Shown one piece after another: positions 18,759 to 30,800 of a stretch of 56,616 bases of DNA. Where the stretch lies: the NCBI GenBank assembly GCA_039190745.1, contig JBCCXZ010000019.1:1-56616 (forward strand). The letters run 5' to 3'. A model generated the notes under the pieces. It had not been told where the DNA came from. It saw nothing but the letters and a program-made list of their open reading frames with translations, and searched no databases. The position numbers and the translations under genes were made by a program. This DNA is from Planctomycetota bacterium (GTDB lineage: Bacteria > Planctomycetota > Planctomycetia > Pirellulales > Lacipirellulaceae). The stretch's first letter is position 1; each line of letters starts with the position of its first letter.

Positions 18759-18831
18759 TGTAGGAGGCCTCTCCGAGGCCGATTCCGGTCTCCAATGCCA
18801 AGCGGTATCGGGCTCAGACAGCCCTCCTACA
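18759..18831. repeat. REP doublet (GTAG-type)
   Basis: TGTAGGAGGCCTCTCCGAGGCCGAT ... ATCGGGCTCAGACAGCCCTCCTACA; inverted, each arm GTAG plus an internal hairpin. Confidence 0.75.
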
Positions 18832-18885
18832 ATTATTCCATTGCCCCCGTGGTCATCGAACTGTAGCGTCTGCTAGCCTCTGGGG

Positions 18886-19656
18886 ATGAACCACCCGCTC
18901 CGATGGTCCGCGATTGTTGCGCTCGAAGAACCCACGATGCCCTCGGCGGAGGGCTTCGCCGAGGCCCTAGCGCGGTCGTTCCCCGACGCCCCGCCCCTGG
19001 CGCCTGCGGGGGCTTCGGAAAACCTGCTGAGCTTCTCGATCGGCGACCACACCGCGGCGGTGACGCTGGTGCCGACGCCGATTCCCGCCTCGCAGCTTGA
19101 GGGCCCCACGGCCACGGCCTGGTACTGGCCCGAGGCTGCCGAGGCTTTCGAGGGGCACGCGGCGCACCTGCTGGTGACGCTCATCGACGAGGGCGGCAGC
19201 GCGATCGACAAGGCCATCCGGCTGACGCAGCTGGTTTCTGCGGCGGCCGAGACAGCGGGCGCCGTCGGCATCTTCTGGGGCCCGGGGCGTCTGGTCCACC
19301 AGCCCGCGGCGTTTGCGGAGCAGGCCCAGCAGATGTCGCAGGACGACCTGCCGCTGTTCCTGTGGGTCGACTTCCGCGTGGGCCAGGTCGACGAGATGGC
19401 GGTGGGATTGTTCACCACGGGGCTCGCGGCGTTGGGGATCGACGAGATTGAGGTCGCGTCGTTCCCGGGTGAGCCGCCGCAGCTGATCTCGCACACCTAC
19501 AACATCGCCCACTACCTGCTGACGAGTCGGAAGGCGGTCAGCGACGGCCAGACCATCGGCGTGAGCGAGGAAGAGATGGCCACGATCAGCCGCGGGCCCT
19601 CGATGCTCGACCCCGAGTTGGAGGTGTGGCGTCTGTCGTTCGAGCCGAACGCCTGA
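18886..19656 (+). CDS. DUF4261-like protein
   Basis: WYWPEA...HAAHLLV, LPLFLWVDF, FTTGLAALG..EIE, YLL..DGQTIG. Confidence 0.75.
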   Translation: MNHPLRWSAIVALEEPTMPSAEGFAEALARSFPDAPPLAPAGASENLLSFSIGDHTAAVTLVPTPIPASQLEGPTATAWYWPEAAEAFEGHAAHLLVTLIDEGGSAIDKAIRLTQLVSAAAETAGAVGIFWGPGRLVHQPAAFAEQAQQMSQDDLPLFLWVDFRVGQVDEMAVGLFTTGLAALGIDEIEVASFPGEPPQLISHTYNIAHYLLTSRKAVSDGQTIGVSEEEMATISRGPSMLDPELEVWRLSFEPNA

Positions 19657-19687
19657 GCATACGCAGGATTGCCGAGATTGTCGGCCG

Positions 19688-20857
19688 CTACCGCCGCCGG
19701 CGGAGCGACGCCAAGCCCAGCCCCCATGATCCCAGCCCCCACGAGCCCAGTCCGACGAGCAGAGCCGATGAGGGCTCGGGCACGGCGGTCACTAGAGGAA
19801 CCGGGTCGCCTCCAGCCCCGAGCATCCAATCGGCCAGCATTTCTGCAGAGCCGTCGGTCCGCTGCCAGAGCAGGGCGTCTGCCAGGTTCACTCGGCCGTC
19901 GCCGTTGAAGTCGCCGATGGTGCCGAAGCCGAAGTTTGACCGCAACGGGGAGAGGCCCGCGGACGAGCCGTCCTCGCGTTGCCACTTGAGGCTGTCGGCT
20001 ACGTCGACGTCGCCGTCGCCATCGAGGTCGCCGGGTTCGCCGGCCGAATCGATCGTGAGAACCAGATCGTAGGCCCCGCCTACGGGGTGCGCGCCGACAA
20101 AGTCGAAGTCGTCGAAGCCGGTCACCGCGAGGGTCACCTGGCCGTTCGCGGGGACGGTGTCTTGCAGCAGAGATAGGTTGCCTACCCCACCTTGGTCGTC
20201 GGTCGCCGTCGGGAAGCTTCCGCTGGGGAAGAACCCGATAACGGTGTCGGGGGGGAAGTTATCTACCGCGACCGTCTCGGCCGTAAACGTGTCTCCCGGC
20301 GTCAGGCCGGTGAAGGTGAAGAAGTCGACGTCGCCGACGCCCCCGGAACTGACTGTGTTGTCGAGCACAACGTCGTAGCTGCCAGATAGGTAATCAAAGT
20401 TGGTGAACTCATACTCGTTGGGAAAACCCGGCACGAGCGTGTCGACGAAGGAGAACGAATCGATCTCGAAGCCGGAGAAATCGTAGACGGTAACGAACGC
20501 CTCGAAGTCTCCAGATTCGTTGTGGTCGCCGTCGAAGAAGAAATCGTCGCCGAACCCGCTGACGACAAACTCAACCGAGGTGGTGTTTACCGGGATATCG
20601 AATACCGCGGACGCTAGGCCGTCGCCAAGAAAACTCCCGTCGTCGTCGGCGAAGACAACGCCGCCGAACTGCCCGACGACGCCGATGATCGTATCGGGGG
20701 CGCTGCCTCCGCCCTCCAGTGAGTCGGAGACGGAGAGCACGCCTGCGGGGAGGACGGTGGACTCGAAGAAGGTTTCGTTAGGTTCTTCGGCGCGGGCGGA
20801 CGCGGTGGAGATCGCGAAGACAAGCAACGCGGCCGCCGTAACGATCGCGGGTTTCAT
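19688..20857 (-). CDS. PEP-CTERM surface protein with pre-peptidase-like beta domains and dockerin-like EF-hand repeats
   Basis: Signal peptide from MKPAIV (20857); EPNET, GDVDFFTF, GDLDGDGDVDVAD, GDFNGDGRVNLAD; C-terminal VPEP + TM + RRRR. Confidence 0.85.
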   Translation of the reverse strand: MKPAIVTAAALLVFAISTASARAEEPNETFFESTVLPAGVLSVSDSLEGGGSAPDTIIGVVGQFGGVVFADDDGSFLGDGLASAVFDIPVNTTSVEFVVSGFGDDFFFDGDHNESGDFEAFVTVYDFSGFEIDSFSFVDTLVPGFPNEYEFTNFDYLSGSYDVVLDNTVSSGGVGDVDFFTFTGLTPGDTFTAETVAVDNFPPDTVIGFFPSGSFPTATDDQGGVGNLSLLQDTVPANGQVTLAVTGFDDFDFVGAHPVGGAYDLVLTIDSAGEPGDLDGDGDVDVADSLKWQREDGSSAGLSPLRSNFGFGTIGDFNGDGRVNLADALLWQRTDGSAEMLADWMLGAGGDPVPLVTAVPEPSSALLVGLGSWGLGSWGLGLASLRRRR

Positions 20858-20989
20858 GATGGTGTCTGGGGGTGTGAGGCAATGGGTGTGCTGCTGAAAC
20901 CGTCTAGCAGCGTGCAGTTTATCCTCTGCGGTCTCTCGTGAGAACTGTTTCACGCCCGAAGGGTATCGCCCCCCAACGCTGTCGCTGAG

Positions 20990-21296
20990 GGCTCGTGCAC
21001 CGAAGGGCTTATGCACTGGGGTGAGCACCAAGTCGTAGTCTCCAAACCCGAGGTGGTCGCCGACGAACTCGGGTTCGTCCGGCAAGCCAGAAACCGAGAA
21101 GGAGATCGTCGGGCCTGTTGACTGGCACATCGAAGATGGCGGAGCCGGTACCGTCGCCAGGAAGGCTGACGTCGTCGTCGAGCGTTTCCGGGCTCTGCAT
21201 CGTGCTGTCGATGAGATCGCGGTTGAGTTATGAGCTGCAGGTGAAGCCGCCAGCAAGGGCCAGCGAGAGGAAGGCTGACCAAACAGAAATCGGCAT
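20990..21296 (-). pseudogene. Decayed paralog of the downstream PEP-CTERM gene
   Basis: Signal-like start, in-frame TAA, LDDDVSLPGDGTGSAIFDVPVN, frameshift, then ISFSVSGLPDEPEFVGDH..GDYDLVL; both pieces align to the neighbouring gene. Confidence 0.7.
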
Positions 21297-21721
21297 CAGC
21301 GGATCGAGAGCGGGTGTCCATTGCGGTGGCCGGCGGCCTCCGCGATGTCCTGGCGGAACCCTTTGGGGATGATCGTTACGGGCTTGGCGGAGATCAAGGG
21401 AATTCAACTCTTGCACTCGCCCTAGGTGCTTGGATTTCCCCGGGAAGCCCCGAACGCGTAGGCGGCTACTCTGCAGCAGCCTAACGAGCCGTTTTCAAGG
21501 CCGCCTTGGGTAAAACCATCAGAAGGCCGCGGCTTGGTTTCTCTGAGTGTCTCGGTGAAGCCCTTTGCCGATTGAGCAGACATAACCGCAGACGAGAAAT
21601 GGATTTGTGCTCTTTCAGGGGCGTTCTTAGACGCGCGGCGTCTCCGTAGCTCTTTTCAAACCCCAGGACCTCGGCTGCGGGTTGATCGGCCAAACGGCGG
21701 CCGGATGGTTTCGGGCTTGGG

Positions 21722-21749
21722 TTGACAAGGAAAAATACGCGCCTAAACC
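21722..21749 (+). promoter_or_regulatory. Possible sigma70 promoter of the giant gene
   Basis: TTGACA-N16-TAAACC about 80 nt upstream of the ATG. Confidence 0.4.
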
Positions 21750-21830
21750 CGTGCGTCGGTCAATTTTGGGGGTTAGCATGACGCTTCTTGCGCCTTGCCA
21801 CATGCAGCTCCCTCCTAGGACCGACACGCC

Positions 21831-24800
21831 ATGGCTCGCATGCAACGTTTTGATTGGAATCGTATCCACCGCAAGCCATTGCGGCCTATCCGTAGATCGC
21901 CCGCCTCGTACGACCGCCGGCTCCGGATCGAAGAGCTGGAGGACCGCCGCGTGCTTGCGCCGGTCGCCAACATCTCGTTCTCCACCGACGAGATCTTTGA
22001 AGAAGAGATCGTCTTCGGTTCGGGGTTCGAAGACGCGATCCAACTCGACGGGGTCGACGATCGGGTCCGGCTGAATGCGGCCGAGGCGGCGTTCGACACG
22101 ATGACCAACGCACTCACCATCGAGGCGTGGTTCCGGGTCGACACGTTTGACGGAACGAACCAAACGATCCTCTCCAAGGGCAACGACCTCTGGGAGATCA
22201 CGCGGAACGGTACGGGCAACTCGCTCCGATTTCAGGTTGAGTCTGGCGTCGTGGTCACAGGGTCGACGAACGTCAACGACGGCAACTGGCACCACGTGCG
22301 CGGGACGATCAACGACAACGGATTCGCCAGCCGGGTCGAGCTTTATATTGACGGCAACCTCGAGGCCTTCCAGACCATCAACAACGGGGGGCTCTCCACC
22401 AACAACGCAAATGCGGTGATCGGCGGCAACTCGCAGATCGGCGGGCGGAACTTCGCCGGCGCCATCGACGAGGTGCGCATCTGGAACGTCGACGCCTCGC
22501 AGGTGCCGCGCCGAGAGGCCACGCTCTCAGGGGCCGAGCCCGGTCTGGTTGCCTACTACCAGTTCGATGACGGCACGGCGACCGATCAGACCGGCGGCGG
22601 GGGCGACGGCGTGCTCTTGGGCGGGCCGACTTTCGTCGACTCGGTGCGGCCGGCGATCACGGGCTTCGTCGATGTGCAGCTCTCCGAGCCGGTGACCGAC
22701 CAGCCGGGCATCATCCTCAACTACACGCTTGGGGGCACGGCGACCCAGGGCGTCGACTACTACTCATCGCAGCTCGATATCGCCACGACCGACGCTAATC
22801 CACCGACCAACTCGATCTTTATCGCCGAGGGTGAGAGTTCAGCGCGGATCTCTGTTGCCGCGCTATCGGACGCCGTTGACGAGGCCTCGGAGACGGTCAC
22901 GATCACGCTCGATACCAGTCAGAACCCCTTCGGCCTGCCCGGCCCCACCGAACGCTACACCTTGGGCGGACAGACGACCGCGACAATCAATCTGCGGGAC
23001 TCGGAACTGTTTGATTTCGGCATCCTCGGCGCCAACGTCTTCGGCGAGAGCGCGGTTGTGGAGGGCTTGTCGCTCAACCCCAGCGGCGCCGCTACGCTGC
23101 GGGTGAAGCTCGCCAGCCAGCCCACAGCCAACGTCACCCTGAATGTGGGTGAGACCGTTGGGAGCGGGGTGCTGAGCACGGGGAGCCTGCTCTTCACACC
23201 TTCCAATTGGGACCAGACGCAGGAAGTCACTATCAGTGATCTGGCCGGTCTGATCACCGACGACGGCGTCCGCAACTTCCTTGGATCGGTGACCCTCACC
23301 GCGGTGAGTGCCGACCCTACCTACGACCCGTTGTTTACGTCGTATGGCGTGTTCGACTCGGCCTTGAACGTCAAGCTCAATGTCGACGAGGGCGCTGTGG
23401 CCCAGCCTATCACCCCGATTGTCGGGGTCCGCCGAGCCGCCGACGCCGCAGAGGGAGAGATTGAACCCGGCGTGTTCACTATCTCCTCCGACGTGGCCGC
23501 GCCCGCGGGCGGGCTCCGTGTTTTTTACGCGATCACAACAGGCTCCGGCTCGATCGGCTCGCAGTTCAACGTGATCGACGAGGCCGGCATGAATTCCGGC
23601 TTCGTCGACATCCCCGCGGGCGAGGTCTCGGCCACAGTGCTGATCGACGCCATCGACGACGCGGTGGACGACGGCACGGCCCTGGTCGGCATCGATATCG
23701 TGGCTAACGCCGCGTACTCGATCGACGGCGGGTTCGCCAGCGCACAGCTCGACGTGCTCGACAACGACCCCGCGGCGATCGAGACCTCCACGCTCACCAA
23801 TCTGGCGAGCCTCGACACCGACTTCGAGACGCTCATCGAAGTCGACGAGCTGTTCGCGTTAGACGTGACCTCCTTCACGCGGACGGCCAACGGCTACACC
23901 GCGACGGTGAGCGTCGGCCTGACCGCCGACCCGGGCGCCGCCGTCACGCTCACGCTGGACGACGCAAACTCCGCGGCCACCGGGCAGCTCTCCTTCGGCG
24001 TCGGCGACGCCGGCCCCAAGAGCCTGACGCTCGACCTGGTCGAGGGCGTCGACGGCAGCCTGCGGTTGGACCTTTCCACAAACGCCAACGCCAGCGCATC
24101 GTACAACGGCCTGAGCGCTGCGCTCCCGTTCCGTCGCTTCGCGGCGGAGTTCGACTCCGAGACGTTCCTCTCCACTTCGGAGGATGGAGACGACTTCTTG
24201 TTCGGCGTGCGTTTGAGCAGCGAGCCCACCGCCGCGGTAGCGGTCACCCTCAGCAGCACCGACGCCTCCGAGGGGCAGCTCAACACGGTGCTGAACTTCG
24301 ACAACACCAACTGGGACCAGTACCAGGTGGTGACCGTCGTCGCCCAGGACGACCTGTTCGACGACGGCGAGGTGGAGTACTCCATCGACATCGACGCCGC
24401 CAGCACCGACCTGAACTACTCCGGGCAGACGGCCGACTTCGACTTGGTGAACGAGGACAACGAGACCGACGAGGACCCGATTTTCGACGCCAGCGACGAC
24501 AGCCCGATCCTCGCGGGCATCACGCCGCTTCTGGAGAACCCGGAAGAGGGGTTTGCAGACGGTCAATTCCAGATCACGCTCAGCGCGCCCGCGCCCGTGG
24601 GCGGCCTGGTGGTCGACTACGCCATTTTCGAGGGTTCGGCCACCTTCGACGATATCGATGTGCCCGAGTTCATCGAGCGGTTTGGCGACAACAACCCGCT
24701 GGCCACGACCCAGGTGGAGAGTTCCGACACGATCATCGGCGCCAGAGGCCTGGGAATGGCCGACTTCGACAACGACGGCGACGTCGACGCCCTGCTGGCG

Positions 24801-27800
24801 ATCGGCGGGGCCGAAGCGCGGTTCCTGGAGAACGTCGGGACGCCTGAGATCCCCGAGTTCGTCGAGAATTTTGCCGCGAACCCTCTGCTGGGCGTCGGCG
24901 GCAACGGCATCTCGGTGGCCGATATTAACGGCGACGGCGACATCGACGTTATCCGGCAGGCCGGCAACAGCATCCGGTACTTCGAGAACCAGTTCGTCGG
25001 CTCGGGCGTCCTGAGCTTCCTCGAGATCACGGGCCCCGCGAGCCCTTTCGACGGCTTGGTGCTCACAGACGCCTTCGACCCCGCGCTGGTCGACATCGAC
25101 GACGACGGCCAGCTTGAGCTCTTCATAACCCGGAACAACCCGGTCTTAGATTTCTTTGAATTCAACAGCGGGAGCGGCTCGTACGTTGCGGCGCCCGGCA
25201 GCAACCCGCTCTCTGGCGCCACGATCGGCTTCGACGACAAGATCTATTTCTTCGACATCGACCGCGACGGTGACGTGGAGGCGTTCATCGGCCGCGGCTC
25301 GACGATCGATTACTACGAAAACGTCGGCACGGCTCAGTCGGCGCAGTTCGTCCAGCGAACCGGTGCCCTGGACCCGCTCGACGGCATCACCAGCGCCGAG
25401 CCGATCATCGCGTTCGCCGACATCGATAACAACGACGATGTCGATCTGTTTGTTACCAACAACATCAGCCTCGGCGAAGTCGAGAGCCTCACCGAGGTCC
25501 GTTACTTCGAAGCCGCATTCACCCAGCAGGCACTAATCCCCGAGGGGCAGACCAGCCTTATTGTCGATATCCCCGTTGTCGACGACGACATCGACGAGAA
25601 TGCCGAGAGCCTCGACATCGCCATCGTCTCGCGCCTTACTCAGAGCTACAACATCGAGGCCACCAGCGCGTTTGACGATCAGTTCGACCTCGTCGTGACG
25701 CAGGCCTTCAACGGCTCGAACCTGCGGGTGGAGGTCGACCCGGCGACGGTTGACAACATCACCGGCAGCTCGCTGGCAGCGGGCACGGTGCTTGAGTTCT
25801 CCGGCGGCGCTCGGGCGACCCTGGACCTTGACTCGGGCTTGATCGAACCCGTTAACGGGCCGGCGCTCATCTTCGTCACGCTCGACCCGATGTTCCCCCA
25901 AACGATCGGCCTTGGAGAGCGGGCCACCGCCACGTTCGACAGCGACATCCGGATTACCTCGACGATCGATTTCAACGGCAGCACCGTGGGCCTGCGGATC
26001 GACGGCGAGGAGGTGGTCGACTCGCTGCTGCTCACTAGCGGCACGGTGCTCCCGTTCTTCGGGGGCGCCACGGCGACCGTGACCGAGGACACGGTGATCA
26101 ATGTCTTCACGACTACGCAGGTGCCGGTGACGGTGCCGATAGGGCAGGACCTGTTCGCGTTCGACTTCACCGACATCGTCGCCCCCCCGGGTGAGGTGTC
26201 GCTCGTCGTGGACGAAGCCGACGCAGGCACTCTGGCGCTTGCCGCGGGGACGCGGCTCTTGTTCAGCAACGGCTCGTTGTTTGAAGTCTCGCGTTCCGAG
26301 CTGCTGACGAACAAGCTCCCGGGCGACGCCGACGGCAACGGCACGGTCGACGCGGCGGACAAGGCCGTCTGGGAAGCGCAGTTCGGCTCCACCGGTCCCG
26401 GGTTCTCGGCGGACTTCGACTTCGACGGCGACGTCGACATTGCCGACCTGATGGCGCTGCAACGCGGCTTCGGCCAGAGCGACCCCGACGCGGGCGGCGT
26501 GCCGGTGGCTGGCACGATCATCTCCGGCGGGCCAATCCCCGCGGGCGCGACCGCCACGCTGGTCGAACCGGGCTACCGCGTACGCGCCGAGTTGGACGTC
26601 ACCTCCCCGCTGGCGGGCGGCAGCGTTGGATTGCAGATCGACGAAACCGCCTATAGCAGCTTCACGATCCCCGCCGGCACGGTGCTCGAGTTCGGCGGCG
26701 GCGCCATCGCCACCGTCGTTTCCGATATCCTGATCAACAACAGCTCCGGCACGTCAGTGCCGGTCACGCTCGCCGCCAACACCGGCAGCCAGAGCATCGG
26801 CTTGGGCGAAGAGACGTCGGTGAGCGACTTCTTCGAGAGTGTCGATTTGGTGGTCGACAGCCTTTTTGGCCTCGACGACGGCTTCCTCTTTCTCGACATC
26901 GCGACGCCTGGCGTCTCGACGTACACGCTCGTGGCCGGCACGACGCTCGTCTTCCCCGACGCTACGAACGGCGACATCGTCGTCACCGTGGACCTCACGA
27001 CCGTTATCAACGCGGGGTCGCCCATCGATGTTCAGGTCAGCGAGTCTTTCACTACCCCGAGGCCGCTCGACGACATCATGCTCGGCGAGATTGCTGAGGT
27101 GACCAGCTTCGAGTTCGCCTCCCGAGACACGATCACGATCAACGACAACGACACCGCGGGCATTGCGCTCACGCCCGACGGGCCCGCCGAAACCACCGAG
27201 GCCGCCGGCGCCGGCAACACGCAGACCGTGCAAGTCGTGCTGCAGTCCGAGCCGAAGGACAACGTGTTCGTCTTCCTCGGCACCGACGGCACCGAGGCCC
27301 TGCTGAGCGACTCTGACGAGACCGACCTCGCCTCGATCGAGCTGCTCTTCACGCCCGAGAACTGGAACGTCGCCCAGCAGGTGACCGTCCGCGGCGTCGA
27401 CGACAACGTCGACGACGGCGACGTGCAGTACGCCATCCGCACCACCGTCCGCAGCACCGACCTGGAGTACACCGACGACACGGTCGAGATCCGGCCGGTG
27501 ATCCAGACCGACCACTCGATCGGCCTGGGCATCCCGCTGATCCTCGACGAGCTGCTCATCGGCGACACGCTGGTGCCCGACGAAACGGTGCTCACGTTCA
27601 ACAGCGGGGCGGTGTTTGAGCTCGTTTCCGACGCGCCGCTGACGAACACCACGGCCACCGGGGTCTCTGGCATCAAGAGCGGCAGCATCGACCGCATCGG
27701 CACCAACCGCGTGGGCGTCGTCAACGACGGCGACGAGCTCACCGTGCTGGAGGTGACCTCCGACTTCGCCGGCGGCACGGTCGGGCTGCGGCTGGACAGC

Positions 27801-30800
27801 GGCCAGAGCAGCGTGCTGGCGGCTACGCTGCTCGCCGGCAAGCATCTGCGGTTCAGCAACGGAGCCGAGGCGGTCGTCACCGCGGACGCCACGCTCAACA
27901 ACACGGCCGGCGTGCTAGTGAGCGTCACACTCACCGGCGACCCGGTCACCACCGCCCACACGAGCCTCTTCGAGGAGAACGTCCGCGTTGATACGGCCTA
28001 CGACTCTGGCACAACCGAGATCGGCCTGCGGGTCGAAGACCCGTCCATCGGCGCGATCGCGTTCGCCGCGGGCACGGAGTTTGAGTTCAGTAACGGCGCC
28101 CTGGCAACGCTCCCGGGTTTGACCGTACTGAACAACAGTGACGAGACCAGCGTCGCGGTCAACCTGAACCCGAACATCATGACCACGAAGGCCTCGGCCT
28201 TCTACACCGAGCGGCTGGTCGAGGACCTCGTTTTCACCAGCATCGACGACGACGGAGCCGGCGTGCGCGTCACGCAGACCGACGAGACGATCGCCGTCAC
28301 CGAGGGCTTCTCCAACAACCTGTTCACCGTGGTTCTTGAGAGCGAGCCGACCGCGCCGGTCTTTGTCACCCTCGACCCGTCGGACGAAAACCTCCGGCTG
28401 CGCGACGAGTTTATGGGCGAGGCAATCACCATCGAGTTCGACGCCACGAATTGGGACGTGCCGCAGACCATTCAGGTCTCGGCCGTCGACGACTCGGTGT
28501 TGGAATACGACCACATGAGCACGGTGGTCATCTCGGTCGTCAGCGCCGACTTGGGCTTTGACGGCTTCGCGGTCAACCCAATCGAGGTGTTCATCAACGA
28601 CGACGAAGTGCCGTCCGCAAATGTCATCGCGGTAGCGGGCGCCATTGAGGCGAACGCCCCCGGCTACTTTGTGATCGAGCTCGATACGCCGGCCCCGACC
28701 GGCTTCGGCCAGACCGGCATCGAGGTTTCCTACAGCCTGGGCGGCACAGCCGACTCCGACCCGCTGGGCGTCAACACGCAGGACGTGCAGCCGATCAGCG
28801 GCACGGCGTTGATCGCCCCTGGCGAAACCCGCAGCCCACTGATCGCCTTCCCCATTGATGATTTCAAGGCCGAGGGCGTCGACCTGACGGTCACTTCTGT
28901 CTTTACAAGCCCCTCCGACGGGACGAGCAGCCCGATCAACCTGCAGATCGACGAGCAGCCCTTCACGGTCGGCGCCGGCGGCTACAACTCCGGCACGGTT
29001 GAGCTCACGCTGACGGGCTCGATCCCTGACCCAGGCGCGGGCGAGACCACGGTCCTCGGCCAGGGCACTACGCTCTTTTTCGCGAGCACGGGGACTACTG
29101 TGCTGGTCACCGAGACGGTGATCGTGAGTGAGACGGGCGTCACGGAGGTGAAGGTCGACGCCGACCCCGGCGCCATCGGCGTCGGCACCAACGTGTTCCA
29201 GCAGATCCCGCTGCCCGCGGGCAGCGAGCTGCGGTTCTCGGGCGGCGATGTGCTTACGACGACCGCCGCCGCCACGCTGACCAACCAGAACGCGACGGCC
29301 GTCCAAGCCGCCGCCGCGGTGGGAACGACCGTTTCCATTGCGGCCAGCACCGCGACGCGGCTTCAGGGCGACTCGCTTACCGTTAGCATCGACCCCGGGC
29401 CCGGCTACGGCCTGGGCGCCCAGTCGACGGCCGGCATCAGCATCCTAGACAACGACAAGCCGGGCGTGCGGATCCTGCAGGTAGGCGACGCAACCACCGT
29501 GGCCGAGGACGAAGACGGCGCCCAGTTCCTCATCTCGCTGCTAAGCGAGCCGGTATCGAACGTTGACATCGGCGTGAGCACGAACCCGACCGACCTGACC
29601 ATCGGCGTCGGCGCCGCGTACACGTCCGCCGACACGACGGTCGCGCTGCAGATCCAGGAGACGGGCGTCGACTCGGTGCTGTTGCCAGCGGGCGTCTACA
29701 CGTTCACGGGCGGCACGATCACGCTCGCCTCGGACACGGTCGTGTTTTCCGGCAAGGAGACCAGCGTTGCCGCTACGGTCACGGGTACGATCGGCGCTAG
29801 CGACACCGCGATGTACTCCTACGAGGAGCTGTCGCTCGACGACACGCTGCTCAGCTTCACGCCGACCAACTGGTTCCAGCTGCAGCCGATCACCGTCTCG
29901 GCGCTGGATGACCTGGTCGTCGAGTTCGGCGAGATCCACTTCAGCGACCTCTCGTTCGGCGTCGCCAGCACCGACCCGGACTACAACCTGTTCACGGTGC
30001 CCGATCTCAGCATCGAGGTCATCGACCGCCGGTTCGACAAGGAAAACACCTCCAACGCCATCGCCCAGGGCTTCCTGGCGTTGCAAGACAGTATCGAGAG
30101 CGTCGACCTGCCCGTCCTCGGCGACTTCGGTGACGTGGCGCCTTCGTTCATCATGGAGTTCCTCGGCGGGGTCATCGAAGAGATTCGGTCCGCCGACAGC
30201 GTCACGGCCGAAACGCTCCGCGAGGCGTTCAACACGGGCATCAACACCGTGCTAGACGTCGAGACGCTCACCGTGGAGGTGACCAACATCGCAACCGACG
30301 AGCTCGGGTTCCTGCTCACGCTGGCCGACACCCTCACCGAGGATGTGCCGCTCAACAGCGACCTCGGCCTCGAAGCCCTTAACATCGGCATCGAGACCCA
30401 GGGCGACATCGAGCTGACCGTCGACTACGGCTTGTCGCTCGGCTTCGGCATTAACGCCACCGATGGATTCTTCATCGACACCGACGCCACCGCGTTCGAA
30501 GTCTCCTCCTCGGTTGTGCTGTCGGAGGGCTTCAGCGCCACCGGCGAACTGGGCTTCCTCCAGCTGGATATCACCAACGCACTTGCCCCCGTGAACGTGA
30601 GCGTCGCCGTCGACTTCGACGAACTGAACGACGTCGAGATTCAGCTTCAGATCGACGACGCGGGCATCGACTCCTTTACGCTTGAGGCCGGCACGGTGAT
30701 CGAGTTCGACGGCGGCTCGCAGGTGACCGTCGACGAAGACACCGACATCGTGAACACCGGCGCCACGGCCGTGGCCGTCTCTGGCGGCACGGGCCCCGTG

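Noticed and set aside
19712..19765. GLGSW-GLGSW tandem in the PEP-CTERM membrane segment
   Set aside because: A simple 15-nt duplication with no evident functional consequence
20858..21256. N-terminal extension of the 522-aa PEP-CTERM ORF
   Set aside because: The signal peptide begins at 20857; the extension reads through a pseudogene remnant
21420..21700. Riboswitch (e.g. c-di-GMP-I) upstream of the giant gene
   Set aside because: A GGCAAA is present on the minus strand, but the GAAA tetraloop/GCAAAGC architecture is missing
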